Below, in pieces: positions 44,327-53,919 of a DNA stretch of 53,919 nt. Location: assembly GCA_000436735.1 (NCBI GenBank), contig FR887093.1, positions 1 to 53,919 of the forward strand, given 5' to 3'. The position numbers and the translations under genes were made by a program. This DNA is from Firmicutes bacterium CAG:170. GTDB lineage: Bacteria; Bacillota; Clostridia; Oscillospirales; Oscillospiraceae. The first letter of the stretch is position 1; each line of letters opens with the position of its first letter. The notes beneath the pieces are model-generated. The model made no database searches. It worked only from the letters and a program-made list of their open reading frames with translations, and was not told the DNA's origin.

Positions 44327-45742
44327 TTGAAGCATGGCGTATATGTGCGGGAGCAGAAAACGAGCGTTTCGACGCCCGTTGTCGCTGAATCCGGTGTGCC
44401 GTTCGTTGTCGGCACAGCACCGGTTCACTCCGCAGAATCCCCGGCCGCGCTCTTTACCCCGGTGCTTTGCACCGACTGGGAAGACGCGGTAAAGAAGCTG
44501 GGCTATTCCGACGACTGGAAGACCTACACGATCTGCGAAGTCATGTACTCGCATTTCAAGCTGTTCCAGCGTCAGCCAATCATCTTCTGCAACGTGCTTG
44601 ATCCGAGCACCAACAAGGAGGCCGTCGCGGGCGCGGAAGTCACCCTTTCCGGCAAGCAGGCAAAGCTGCCGTTCGACGCGATCCTGTCCAGTCTCGTTGT
44701 CAAGACGGCATCTTCGTCCGAATCGCCGCTTGTCAAAGACACGGACTATGCCGCGTACTACTCGGACGGCAACCTTATCGTCGAGACGATCGAGGACGGC
44801 GCAGCCAAGGACGCGACCAAACTCTTTATCAGCTACGACAAGGTCAAGACGACTGAAATCGGCGACGATGATATTGTCAAGGGCATCGAGGCGATTGACC
44901 TCTGCATGGCAACCGTCAGCATCACGCCCGACCTCATCATCGCGCCCGGCTGGTCTCATACCAGCACCGTACAGGCTGTCATGGCTGCGAAAGCCGAAGT
45001 CATCAACGGCATTCTCGGCGCAAAGTCCATCTGCGATATTGACTGCTCCGCCAGCGGCGCGCGCAGCTATGACGCCGTCGCCGCGAAGAAGTCCGCGACG
45101 AACCTGATCGACCCGGCTCAGATTGCAGTCTGGCCGCAGGTGAAGCTCGGCAGCAAGCAGTTCCATCTCTCCACCCAGCTCGCGGGCCTGATGGCGAAGG
45201 TGGACAGCGGCAACGACGGTGTGCCGTATGAATCGCCCTCTAATAAGGCCCTCCAGTGCGACGGCGCTTGCCTGGAAGACGGCACAGACGTCACCCTCAC
45301 GCTGGAGCAGGCGAACATTCTGAACGCCAACGGCATTTGCACGGCGCTCAAGTTTATGAATGGCTTCGTGGCGTGGGGCAACTACACCGCCTGCTACCCC
45401 AGCAACACCGACATCAAGGACTATTTCATCCCGATCAGCAGAATGTTCAAGTGGGTCGGCAACTCCCTCATCAAGACGTTCTGGTCGAAGACGGACAGCC
45501 CCATGAACCGGCGCCTGCTGGACAACATCAAGGATTCCGCGAACAACTGGCTCGCAGGGCTTGTGGGCAGCGAGTATCTGCTCGGCGCCCGCGTTGAGAT
45601 CCTCGACTCCGAGAATCCCATGACGGACCTCATGGCCGGTATTGTGAGAATCCACATCTACATGACGCCGCCCAGCCCTGCACAGGAGATCGACTTCGTA
45701 CTCGAATACGACACCGATTACGTGCAGAGCGCGTTGGCGTGA
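44327..45742 (+). CDS. Contractile tail sheath protein
   Basis: KHGVYVRE..VGTAPV..PYESPSNK..WGNYT..PPSPAQEIDF. Confidence 0.92.
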   Translation: MKHGVYVREQKTSVSTPVVAESGVPFVVGTAPVHSAESPAALFTPVLCTDWEDAVKKLGYSDDWKTYTICEVMYSHFKLFQRQPIIFCNVLDPSTNKEAVAGAEVTLSGKQAKLPFDAILSSLVVKTASSSESPLVKDTDYAAYYSDGNLIVETIEDGAAKDATKLFISYDKVKTTEIGDDDIVKGIEAIDLCMATVSITPDLIIAPGWSHTSTVQAVMAAKAEVINGILGAKSICDIDCSASGARSYDAVAAKKSATNLIDPAQIAVWPQVKLGSKQFHLSTQLAGLMAKVDSGNDGVPYESPSNKALQCDGACLEDGTDVTLTLEQANILNANGICTALKFMNGFVAWGNYTACYPSNTDIKDYFIPISRMFKWVGNSLIKTFWSKTDSPMNRRLLDNIKDSANNWLAGLVGSEYLLGARVEILDSENPMTDLMAGIVRIHIYMTPPSPAQEIDFVLEYDTDYVQSALA

Positions 45743-45759
45743 CGAAGGAGGACTGAACA

Positions 45760-46281
45760 ATGGGAATGGTAGATCAGGCCGTAATCAACTTTGCCTGCTA
45801 CGAAGACGCCAAAGACTTCCTCGGTCTGGCTTCCGTGACGCTGCCCGATGTTGATTTCATTGTTGCGACCGTCTCCGGTGCTGGCATTGCCGGCAACGTG
45901 GAGGCGCCGATCATCGGCCATATGAACGCCATGACCGCGCAGCTCAAATTCCGCACCTTCAGCGCTGAGAGCCTGAAGCTGCAGGAGCCGCGCGAACACA
46001 ACATCGACCTGCGCGCGCCGCAGCAGGTGTATGACCCGATTGCGGGCGTTTACAAGACGCAGTCCGTCAAGCACGTCCTCGTGCTTGTTCCGAAGACGCT
46101 GTCGAACGGCAATATCGCCCCGGCGTCTCCCACGGACGGCTCTGGCAGCTACGCCGTGCGCCGCTGGGTGACGTACATCGATGACGCGAAGGTCATGGAG
46201 CTTGACCCGTACAACTACATCTGCGAGGTGAACGGTGTCGACTATCTTTCCGACACCCGCAAGGCCCTCGGCAAATCGTAA
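45760..46281 (+). CDS. Tail tube protein (P2 FII-like)
   Basis: VTLPDV..SGAGIAG..ELDPYNYICEVNGVDYL. Confidence 0.9.
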   Translation: MGMVDQAVINFACYEDAKDFLGLASVTLPDVDFIVATVSGAGIAGNVEAPIIGHMNAMTAQLKFRTFSAESLKLQEPREHNIDLRAPQQVYDPIAGVYKTQSVKHVLVLVPKTLSNGNIAPASPTDGSGSYAVRRWVTYIDDAKVMELDPYNYICEVNGVDYLSDTRKALGKS

Positions 46282-46338
46282 ATCTTTGGGGCGGCGCGCG
46301 ATGCGTCGCCCCGTCATTTTTGAAAGGAGCCTCGAATC

Positions 46339-46722
46339 ATGGAAAACAAGAAGCAGAACACCGCCGCAGAAGAAAGCGGCAACATCTTCGCAGTCGCGGA
46401 GAAGCAGGACGAAGCAACCGCCAACGATGGCGTCTTCACGCTGCATCTTACGCGCCCTCTGGAGCATGAGGGCAAGAGCTATTCCGACCTCACGTTCGAT
46501 TTTGACAGTCTGAGCGGCAGCGACTCTCTGGCGATTGAACGGGAGCTGCAGATGCTCGGCCATACGGTGATCGTTGCGAATTTCGACAGCGAATACCTCA
46601 TCCGCGTATGTGTCAAGGCGTGTACGGAACCCCTTGGCATTGATGCACTGGGCAAGCTCAGTATCCGCGATTTCAACCGTCTGCGGAACACCGTAAGAGG
46701 TTTTTTATCGCGCAAGGAGTGA
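46339..46722 (+). CDS. Tail assembly chaperone (with likely -1 frameshift extension to 46898)
   Basis: LTFDFDSLSGSD..LSIRDF; GGTTTTTT slippery site near the 3' end. Confidence 0.8.
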   Translation: MENKKQNTAAEESGNIFAVAEKQDEATANDGVFTLHLTRPLEHEGKSYSDLTFDFDSLSGSDSLAIERELQMLGHTVIVANFDSEYLIRVCVKACTEPLGIDALGKLSIRDFNRLRNTVRGFLSRKE

Positions 46723-46914
46723 TCGTCGGAGATGGCGGCGTATGGCTTCGCAGGCAATGCCTCGCCATGGCCCGGACGAACAACACTCCGGTAGATTTCT
46801 GGTTATCTCTACGTCTCGGCGAATTTTTGCAATGGGTGAAAGCCTCTAATGCGCTGATTGCCGAGGAAATGGAGAAGCGAAAACAAAAACGCAAGTGAAA
46901 GTGAGGCGGAGATA

Positions 46915-49900
46915 TTGGCATCGCGGAAAGAATATGAGATGCTATTTGCGCTTGAAGCGCAGCTTGGCCGCGAGTTTCGCACGACCTTTGCAAAGGCCCG
47001 CGGCGAGCTCGGCGACACGGCCGATAGTGCAGAATCTTTCGGCAGCCGCGCGACACAGGCCGTGGACGCGGTGTCGAGCGTTCTTGCTGCGGCTGGTATC
47101 TCCGCTGCGCTTAAAGAAATAAAGGAAGGCTTTGACGAGTGTGTGCAGGCGTCGATGGATTTCGAGTCTGCCATCACCGGCGTCGCCAAAACGACAGACC
47201 TGACAGACGAAGAACTGGCAGATATGTCGGACGCAATTAAAGCCATGTCCACGGAGATCCCGGCATCTACGACCGAGATCGCCGCCGTCGCTGAAGCTGC
47301 TGGCCAGCTTGGCATTCAGAAAGACGCGCTGCTCGATTTTACGCGCGTTATGACAATGCTCGGCACAGCGACGAACATGACAGCCGAAGATGCCGCAACC
47401 GCCCTCGCGCGGTTCGCGAACATTACAGGCATGTCCGCAGACAATTATGATCGTCTCGGCGCCGTGATCGTTGATCTTGGCAATAACTTTGCAACGACCG
47501 AATCTGAGATCACGCAGATGGGTACGCGCCTTGCCTCTGGCGGCAAGCTGGCCGGTCTGACGGAACCTCAGATCATGGCGCTTGCCGCAGCAATGTCCTC
47601 CGTCGGCATCGAGGCCGAAGCTGGCGGCACGGCCATGACGCAGACGCTCAATGCCATCGAAAAGGCTGTTGCAACCGGCGAAGATTCTTTACAGAGCTTC
47701 GCAGATGTTGCAGGAATGTCTGCGGATTCGTTCGCGGAAATGTGGAATACGGACGCGCTGGGCGCTCTGACAGCGTTTATCCGCGGGCTTGGCAATCTGG
47801 ACGAACAGGGCGAAAGCGCTGTTCTGGTGCTGGAAGACCTCGGCCTTACCGGCATTCGCCAGAGCAATATGCTCAAATCCCTCGCTCTGGCAGCAGACCA
47901 GATGGACAGCGCCGTACAGACGGCAAATACCGCGTGGGATGAGAATATCGCTCTGACGAACGAAGCCAACAAGCGATACGCCACCACGCAATCCAAGCTG
48001 GATATGATGCAGAACGCCTACAACAACCTCAAGGTTGCCGTAGGCGATGCTTTTACCCCGGCGCTGCGCGATGCCTACGACGCCGGTACGGACGTGCTGA
48101 ACGTCCTCGGCGAGTTTGTGCAGGAGAATCCTGCGCTCGTCAAGGGTGTTGTAACATTCACGGGCGTAGTCGGCGGTGCAACGGTCGCATTGACGGCATA
48201 CGCCGCAATCTCCAAAGTCATTAAAGCGCTCGACATGGCTACGATGTTCGGCGGTGCCGTCGGTCCTATCATGTTGGGCGTAACTGCCGTGGCCGCATTG
48301 ACGGCTGGAATCGTTGCGCTCAGTGACGCTTCCAAGGACGACGCTGTTCCGTCCGTCCGGGAGCTGACTGAGGCGGCGCGTGAACTTGACAGCGCCATGA
48401 GCGACGCCAGAGCCGCTTGTGATGATACCGTCACAACGACGGAAGCATCTGCGAATGTCGCGAACAATTACATCGACCGTCTCGATGAGCTGAACTCTCT
48501 GAGCAAACTGAGCGCGGAGCAGCAGCGAGAATATCATGGCATTCTCGTCATGTTGACGCAGACTGTTCCGGATCTGGCCAACTACATCGATCTTGAAACC
48601 GATACGATCAATGGCGGCACGGAGGCGCTGCGGGCCAATACGCAGGCTTGGAAGGATAACGCCATTGCTCAGGCCTATCAGGAACAGCTCACTGAGATTT
48701 ACAGCAAAAATGCCGACGTTCTGATTGAAGCAGAAAAGAACAAAATCGGTCTGCGCGACGCTGAGGGCAAGCTGGCTGTGGCGCAGAAAGCACAGAACGA
48801 CGAGTTTGAACGCCAGAATCGGCTCTATCAGGAAGCCAATCAGAAGGTTCAGGAATACTACGAGGAAACAGGCCTTGTCACCGACGCCAATATGTGGCTC
48901 GGCGAAACGACCGACGAGCTGAACTGGAAGCTGGAACAGAACGCGCAAGCGGTTATGGAGGCACAGGATGCTGTCGACGCCTACCAGAAGGCCATTGATA
49001 AAGACAACGACGCGCTGCAGGCCGCGCAGGACGAAATTGCACTCGCTGAGGAAGCTGTTCAAAACCTGACAACGGCCACTGAAGATTCCACCACCGCAAC
49101 CGAGGACGCGAGCCGCGGCTACGGTGAGCTGAACACCGAGATCAGCAGCGTCAAGGAACGTGTCGAGGCTCTCCAGCAGGCGTATCAGGAAGCCTATAAA
49201 GCTGCCGCAGAAAGCGTTCAGGGCCAATATGCACTTTGGCAGCAGGCAGACAGCATCGTTGCGACCTCTGCGTCCAGCATCAACAGTAATCTCCAAGGCC
49301 AGATCACGCATTGGCAGACCTACAACGATAATCTGGCCAGCCTGCGTGACAGGGCTGGTGATATTGAGGGCCTGACCGAAATGATCGGTTCTTTCGCAGA
49401 CGGCAGCTCCGACAGCGTGAATGCGGTTGCCGGCATGGCTGCGGCCAGCGATGAAGAATTGGCCGCGATGGTCGAAAGCTGGAATAAGCTGCGCGAGGAA
49501 CAGAATAAAGCCGCCGAGGACATCGCAGACTTCCGCACCGGCTTCTCTGAAACTATGGACGCGATCAGTGGAGACCTCGAAGCCACCATTGACGACATGG
49601 ATCTTGGCACGGAAGCTGCGGAAGCCGGTCGTGCGACCATTCAGGGCTTCATTGATGGTGCAACCGGAATGCTGCCGACAGTGCAATCGGCGTATTCCCA
49701 GCTCGGATACGCCGCCCTCGCTGCTCTCAGCCGAAACGTGCAGAACAATAATTCTGTTGCTTCGAGCCGTCGCATGAGCGGGTTCTCCCGATATGCCAGC
49801 GGCACAACCTCTGCCGAGACCGGTCTTGCCCTCGTCGGCGAAGAAGGCCCGGAGTTTGTGATGATGCACGGCGGCGAAGCGGTCTTGAACGCGGCCGACA

Positions 49901-50094
49901 CACACAGCGCCATCGAAGCTATGACTTCCACTTCGGACAGCTCCGTTCCAGTGCAGGTCAATATCACCGTCGAGGGCGATGTCAATGACGGCGTTATGGA
50001 GCGCCTTGAAACCTATGGCGAGGAATTTGCCGCACAGGTACGCGCGGTGATTCGAGAAGACAATATCAACGCGCAACGGGGGGCGTACAGATGA
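46915..50094 (+). CDS. Tape measure protein
   Basis: About 1060 aa, Ala-rich and helical; FESAITGVAKT core; C-terminal YASGT..VGEEGPE. TTG start inferred. Confidence 0.92.
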   Translation: MASRKEYEMLFALEAQLGREFRTTFAKARGELGDTADSAESFGSRATQAVDAVSSVLAAAGISAALKEIKEGFDECVQASMDFESAITGVAKTTDLTDEELADMSDAIKAMSTEIPASTTEIAAVAEAAGQLGIQKDALLDFTRVMTMLGTATNMTAEDAATALARFANITGMSADNYDRLGAVIVDLGNNFATTESEITQMGTRLASGGKLAGLTEPQIMALAAAMSSVGIEAEAGGTAMTQTLNAIEKAVATGEDSLQSFADVAGMSADSFAEMWNTDALGALTAFIRGLGNLDEQGESAVLVLEDLGLTGIRQSNMLKSLALAADQMDSAVQTANTAWDENIALTNEANKRYATTQSKLDMMQNAYNNLKVAVGDAFTPALRDAYDAGTDVLNVLGEFVQENPALVKGVVTFTGVVGGATVALTAYAAISKVIKALDMATMFGGAVGPIMLGVTAVAALTAGIVALSDASKDDAVPSVRELTEAARELDSAMSDARAACDDTVTTTEASANVANNYIDRLDELNSLSKLSAEQQREYHGILVMLTQTVPDLANYIDLETDTINGGTEALRANTQAWKDNAIAQAYQEQLTEIYSKNADVLIEAEKNKIGLRDAEGKLAVAQKAQNDEFERQNRLYQEANQKVQEYYEETGLVTDANMWLGETTDELNWKLEQNAQAVMEAQDAVDAYQKAIDKDNDALQAAQDEIALAEEAVQNLTTATEDSTTATEDASRGYGELNTEISSVKERVEALQQAYQEAYKAAAESVQGQYALWQQADSIVATSASSINSNLQGQITHWQTYNDNLASLRDRAGDIEGLTEMIGSFADGSSDSVNAVAGMAAASDEELAAMVESWNKLREEQNKAAEDIADFRTGFSETMDAISGDLEATIDDMDLGTEAAEAGRATIQGFIDGATGMLPTVQSAYSQLGYAALAALSRNVQNNNSVASSRRMSGFSRYASGTTSAETGLALVGEEGPEFVMMHGGEAVLNAADTHSAIEAMTSTSDSSVPVQVNITVEGDVNDGVMERLETYGEEFAAQVRAVIREDNINAQRGAYR

Positions 50095-50303
50095 GCAGAA
50101 TCTACACGACTGTGCAGGGCGATATGTGGGATATGATCGCCTACAAGGAGATGGGCAGCGTCGACTATACCGACGATCTGATGAACGCCAATAGCTCGCT
50201 GCTCAGTTATTTCTCCTTTCCCGCAGGCGTCATGCTGACAATCCATGATGTGGTGGAGCGCCGCGCATCTACGCTGCCGCCGTGGAAGCAGGTGCAGCGA
50301 TGA
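50091..50303 (+). CDS. Tail protein X (P2 gpX-like)
   Basis: YTTVQGDMWDMIAY..LMNAN..LPPWK. Confidence 0.88.
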   Translation: MSRIYTTVQGDMWDMIAYKEMGSVDYTDDLMNANSSLLSYFSFPAGVMLTIHDVVERRASTLPPWKQVQR

Positions 50304-51853
50304 GCAGCCGAAATCTCGCGAGACGCACAAAAGCCGAGGTTTCCTTCGGCGGCATCGACATCACAAAATCCATTCAGCCGTATCTTCTGTCGATCTCCTA
50401 TACGGACAACGAAGAAGACGAAACGGACGATCTGCAAATCAAAATTCAAGACCGCGACGATCTCTGGCTCACGCAGTGGCTCGATGAAATCTCTGAAAAG
50501 CTGTCCTGGGCATCACCCTCTGGCGGCAGCGCGTCTGGCGATGCTGTTGTCAGCGAAGCAAACAAATACCTCGGTACACCGTATGTTTGGGGCGGCAGCA
50601 GTCCGAGCGGCTTTGACTGCTCCGGTCTTGTCTACTACGCGCTCAACGAAGCCGGGATCAGCGTTCCCAGAACGACCGCGCAGGGCTACAAGGATATGGC
50701 TACACCGGTCAACGAAGCCACAGCGCAGCCCGGCGACCTCATCTTCTTCGGCACGCAGGGCGTTGTCGACCACGTAGGTATCTACATGGGCAATGGGCAA
50801 ATGGTCAATGCGACCGGTTCGTGCGTCCAGATCACAGACATCAACACCCGCAGAGCCGGGATTATCAGTTGGGGCAGAATTGGCGGCGCCACGCAGAGCG
50901 GCTCTGCTGCCTCTGCACAGGCAGGCACGCAAAGCAGCGGCTCAGGATCTTCTACTTCCTCTGGCGAACAGGGTGCATCCTCCGATGGCGGCGGCGCAGA
51001 AGAACGGCTCGCCATGGACGTTGTGTTTGTCCGTGAGAACTGGAACAGCGACGGCTCCGACGCGGTGCTGCCGTGCGGAGAATTTGAGCTTGACAACATC
51101 TCCTGCAGCGGACCGCCGAACACAGTCTGCATCAAAGGATCTTCGATTCCGTTTTCTTCGCAGCTCCGGCAGACCTGCAAGAGCAAGGCATGGGAAAGCT
51201 ACACGCTTAGCGGCATTGCGAATGAAATCGCCGGGAGCGGCGGTATGACCTGCATGTATGAATCGGACAGCGACCCATATTATGAGCGCGTCGAGCAGAT
51301 CGACATGAGCGACATTGAGTTTCTGTCGCAGCTTTGCCATGATGCCGGCATTTCTCTCAAGGCAACAAACCGGATCCTTGTACTGTTCGATCAGCGCAAG
51401 TATGAGCAGAAGCCAGAAGTCCGCACCATCAGACGCTATGACCACAGCTATAAGACGTACCAGCTCAGCACCAGCGCAGCCGATGCGCAGTATGCGTCGT
51501 GCCGGGTGTCCTACGTCAACCCCGAAACCGGACAGTGTATTGAGGGCATCGCCAAGGTCGAGGGATACACCGAAGACCCGAACAATCAGCAGCTTGAAAT
51601 CACCGCCAAGGTTGGAACAGTGGACGAAGCGAAGGAGCTTGCAGAAAAGAATCTCCGTCTTCGCAACAAATTCTGCCGCCAGGCACAATTCCTGCTGCCG
51701 GGAGATACCGACCTCGTTGCGGGCGTCAATGTTGCGCTCAAAGGCTGGGGCGGCTACGACGGAAAATACATCATCAAGCAGGCTGTCCACAAGCTGGACA
51801 GTGGCGGCTATACAACGCAGATCTCGCTGCGCATGGTATTGGAGGGATATTGA
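50300..51853 (+). CDS. Baseplate hub (gpD-like) with inserted NlpC/P60 domain
   Basis: SYTDNEEDETDDLQI..; insert YLGTPYVWGG..FDCSGL..PGDLIFF..HVGIY; then EQIDMSDIEFL..GKYII. Confidence 0.88.
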   Translation: MSSRNLARRTKAEVSFGGIDITKSIQPYLLSISYTDNEEDETDDLQIKIQDRDDLWLTQWLDEISEKLSWASPSGGSASGDAVVSEANKYLGTPYVWGGSSPSGFDCSGLVYYALNEAGISVPRTTAQGYKDMATPVNEATAQPGDLIFFGTQGVVDHVGIYMGNGQMVNATGSCVQITDINTRRAGIISWGRIGGATQSGSAASAQAGTQSSGSGSSTSSGEQGASSDGGGAEERLAMDVVFVRENWNSDGSDAVLPCGEFELDNISCSGPPNTVCIKGSSIPFSSQLRQTCKSKAWESYTLSGIANEIAGSGGMTCMYESDSDPYYERVEQIDMSDIEFLSQLCHDAGISLKATNRILVLFDQRKYEQKPEVRTIRRYDHSYKTYQLSTSAADAQYASCRVSYVNPETGQCIEGIAKVEGYTEDPNNQQLEITAKVGTVDEAKELAEKNLRLRNKFCRQAQFLLPGDTDLVAGVNVALKGWGGYDGKYIIKQAVHKLDSGGYTTQISLRMVLEGY

Positions 51854-52158
51854 TGGACGTAGAAAAAGTATTAAAGCGGCTCGTTCGCGTCGGAACTGTG
51901 ACGGACATCGATAATGCCAAGCGAAAAGCGCGAGTGAAGTTTCAGGACTGCAATATGACGTCCGGATGGCTCTATGTGCTGGACACGCACCCGCACATTC
52001 CAGCTTATGACCCTGCGCAGCAGAAGACAGAGTTGCAGGATGGGCATCAGCACGACCTCACGATCAAGCCGTGGATGCCGCTTGTCAACGACACCGTCCT
52101 CACGCTCTATCTGCCTGTGTTCAACGGGGATGGCTTCGTGCTGGGAGGTATCGGATGA
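51853..52158 (+). CDS. Short baseplate spike (gpV-like)
   Basis: VRVGTV..ARVKF..SGWL..WMPLVND..GFVLG. Confidence 0.8.
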   Translation: MDVEKVLKRLVRVGTVTDIDNAKRKARVKFQDCNMTSGWLYVLDTHPHIPAYDPAQQKTELQDGHQHDLTIKPWMPLVNDTVLTLYLPVFNGDGFVLGGIG

Positions 52159-52550
52159 TTGTAGGAGCACTTGGAGACGTTGTCTTTTCAGTTTCGTCGC
52201 GCACGCTGAAAACGATCAGCAATTTCGTATGGTCCGGTTCTGCGCGGTACGCCACGCATGATCTCCATGCCGGCAACAGCATTTCGGAATACACCGGCAC
52301 AGACCTTGCGAAGATCACCTTTGACATTCAGCTTCTTGCTTCCCTCGGCGTTGACCCAATGTCCGAGATTTGGCGGCTGTTCGATCTGGAACGGCAGGGC
52401 GTGACGCTGCCGCTTACGATTGGCAATCATGGATACGGCCGCTATCGCTGGACGATCCTGAGCCATAAGACCAAGGCGGAGCATTATGACGGGCATGGAA
52501 ACATCATCAGTGCGACGCTGAGCATTTCCTTGCAGGAATATCTACGATGA
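52155..52550 (+). CDS. gpU-like tail protein
   Basis: MIVGALGDVVF..LSISLQEY. Confidence 0.8.
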   Translation: MIVGALGDVVFSVSSRTLKTISNFVWSGSARYATHDLHAGNSISEYTGTDLAKITFDIQLLASLGVDPMSEIWRLFDLERQGVTLPLTIGNHGYGRYRWTILSHKTKAEHYDGHGNIISATLSISLQEYLR

Positions 52551-52562
52551 GGGGCGCACACT

Positions 52563-52886
52563 ATGGGCTACAAAATCACCATGTCGGAGATTGGGCCGAT
52601 CAGCCTGAACGAAACCGACCCTGTAAAATCCATTCTGCAGAACGTGTCCATCATCCTGCGGACGATCAAAGGCTCCTGCCCGATGTATCGCGGCTTCGGT
52701 ATTGACGCTACCTTGATCGACCGCCCGATTCCTGCGGCAAAGGTGCTGCTTTTCTCTCAAATCCGCGAGGCCATTGAGGAATATGAGCCGCGCGTCCGTG
52801 TCAAGAGCGTCGATTTTGATACGCAGGAAGAAATGCAGGGCGTTCTAAGCCCTATCGTGGAGGTGGAAATCGTCGATGAGTCGTAA
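52563..52886 (+). CDS. Baseplate wedge gpW/gp25-like
   Basis: ILQNV..GSCPMYRGFG..IEEYEPR. Confidence 0.85.
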   Translation: MGYKITMSEIGPISLNETDPVKSILQNVSIILRTIKGSCPMYRGFGIDATLIDRPIPAAKVLLFSQIREAIEEYEPRVRVKSVDFDTQEEMQGVLSPIVEVEIVDES

Positions 52887-53919
52887 TACCGAATTTCAGT
52901 TTGTTTCGACCGACGCTGCGGAAATCACAAATTTTCTGATTACCGTTTATGAGAACCTGACCGGAGTAAGCGTCCGCCCCGCCAGTCCGGAAAAGCTGTT
53001 CGCGCAATGGGTAGCCAGCGTCATCATTCAGGAGCGGGTCTACAACAACTACACCGCAAATCAGAATATTCCGAGCCGCGCCGAAGGCAAGAACCTTGAC
53101 GCGCTGGCAGAACTGTACTATCTGCAGCAGCGCCCACAGGCAAAACCCGCTTACTGCACGGAACGGTTTACGATCTCCGAGGCGCAGACGTTCGCCATCC
53201 TCGTCCCCAAGGGGACGCGCGTCACAGACGCCAGCAACACCCTGATCTGGGAAACTGTCGCCGACGCCTACATCAACGCTGGCGATACCTACGTCGACAC
53301 TGCCATCCGGTGCCAGACGGACGGCACGGTCGGCAACGGCTACGCCGTCGGCCAGCTCAACGTGATCGTTGATGTGTTCGACTACTACACGTCCTGCACC
53401 AATATCACGACTTCCGACGACGGTTCGGAGATCGCCAGCGACGAAGAATTCTACGAGCTGATGCGCGAATCCATGTTCGCGTTTTCGACGGCTGGCGCGG
53501 TTGGCTCCTACATCTACCACGCGAAATCCGTATCTACGGAGATTGCTGACGTACAGGCCGTTCGCCCGGCTGTCGTAAAGAAAGTGACGCTTGATCTCTA
53601 TACGAAAGGCGGCGCCAAGTACGCTTTTTGGGGCGGCGACACCATCGACCTGTCCTCTCTGGCGGTCTACGCCAAGGGCAGCAGCACGGCTGCGAGCGCC
53701 GACACAGATTATACCGTCACCTACGAAAACGGTCTGCTGCAAGTTGCAATCGCCGCAGACGGCGCGCTGGCAAGCGCGAGCCAGATCGACGTGTCGCTCA
53801 CCTTTGACGGTGCCGGGCACGTCGATATTTATGTCCTGATGAACGACGGAACGATTGCCACGACGGAGATCAAGAACGCCGTCCTTGCCGCCTGTAACGA
53901 AAGCAAGGTGCGGCCGCTG
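52876..53919 (+). CDS. Baseplate J-like protein, N-terminal part (runs off window end)
   Basis: MSRNTEFQFVSTD..AEGKNLDAL..FSTAGAVGSYIYHA..KVRPL; open to the last base. Confidence 0.88.
   Translation, partial: MSRNTEFQFVSTDAAEITNFLITVYENLTGVSVRPASPEKLFAQWVASVIIQERVYNNYTANQNIPSRAEGKNLDALAELYYLQQRPQAKPAYCTERFTISEAQTFAILVPKGTRVTDASNTLIWETVADAYINAGDTYVDTAIRCQTDGTVGNGYAVGQLNVIVDVFDYYTSCTNITTSDDGSEIASDEEFYELMRESMFAFSTAGAVGSYIYHAKSVSTEIADVQAVRPAVVKKVTLDLYTKGGAKYAFWGGDTIDLSSLAVYAKGSSTAASADTDYTVTYENGLLQVAIAADGALASASQIDVSLTFDGAGHVDIYVLMNDGTIATTEIKNAVLAACNESKVRPL

Noticed and set aside
43958..50076. Long minus-strand ORFs (600 aa, 795 aa; similarly 623-2359 and 37661-39019)
   Set aside because: They are antisense shadows of GC-rich structural genes, with no motifs or RBS.

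Overview
The window looks like an almost complete, circularly permuted genome of a GC-rich temperate phage, probably of a Clostridia-type Firmicute (host inferred). It begins and ends inside the same baseplate-J gene. It has a lambda-like head (GpA terminase, portal, ClpP protease, decoration protein, major capsid E), a P2/Mu-like contractile tail, a holin/endolysin cassette, a large serine integrase with an apparently intact attP, a CI/Cro switch, a RecT/SSB/replisome-organizer replication block and an IbrA/IbrB-like plus ParB cluster. The tail-fibre module is the most notable part. It contains (i) a tightly packed radical SAM/SPASM maturase, a 34-Cys CXXX-repeat substrate and accessory genes inserted between tail-fibre genes, and (ii) a diversity-generating retroelement (VR/TR differing only at TR adenines, plus RT, with no recognisable avd) targeting an Ig-like/CLec receptor-binding protein. 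Other observations: an antisense mini-gene mimicking the CI C-terminus, an attP inside the integrase ORF with a tRNA/tmRNA-like core, two operator sets, intergenic cassette repeats and a tail-chaperone frameshift. All family calls come from motif recognition by eye; no searches were run.
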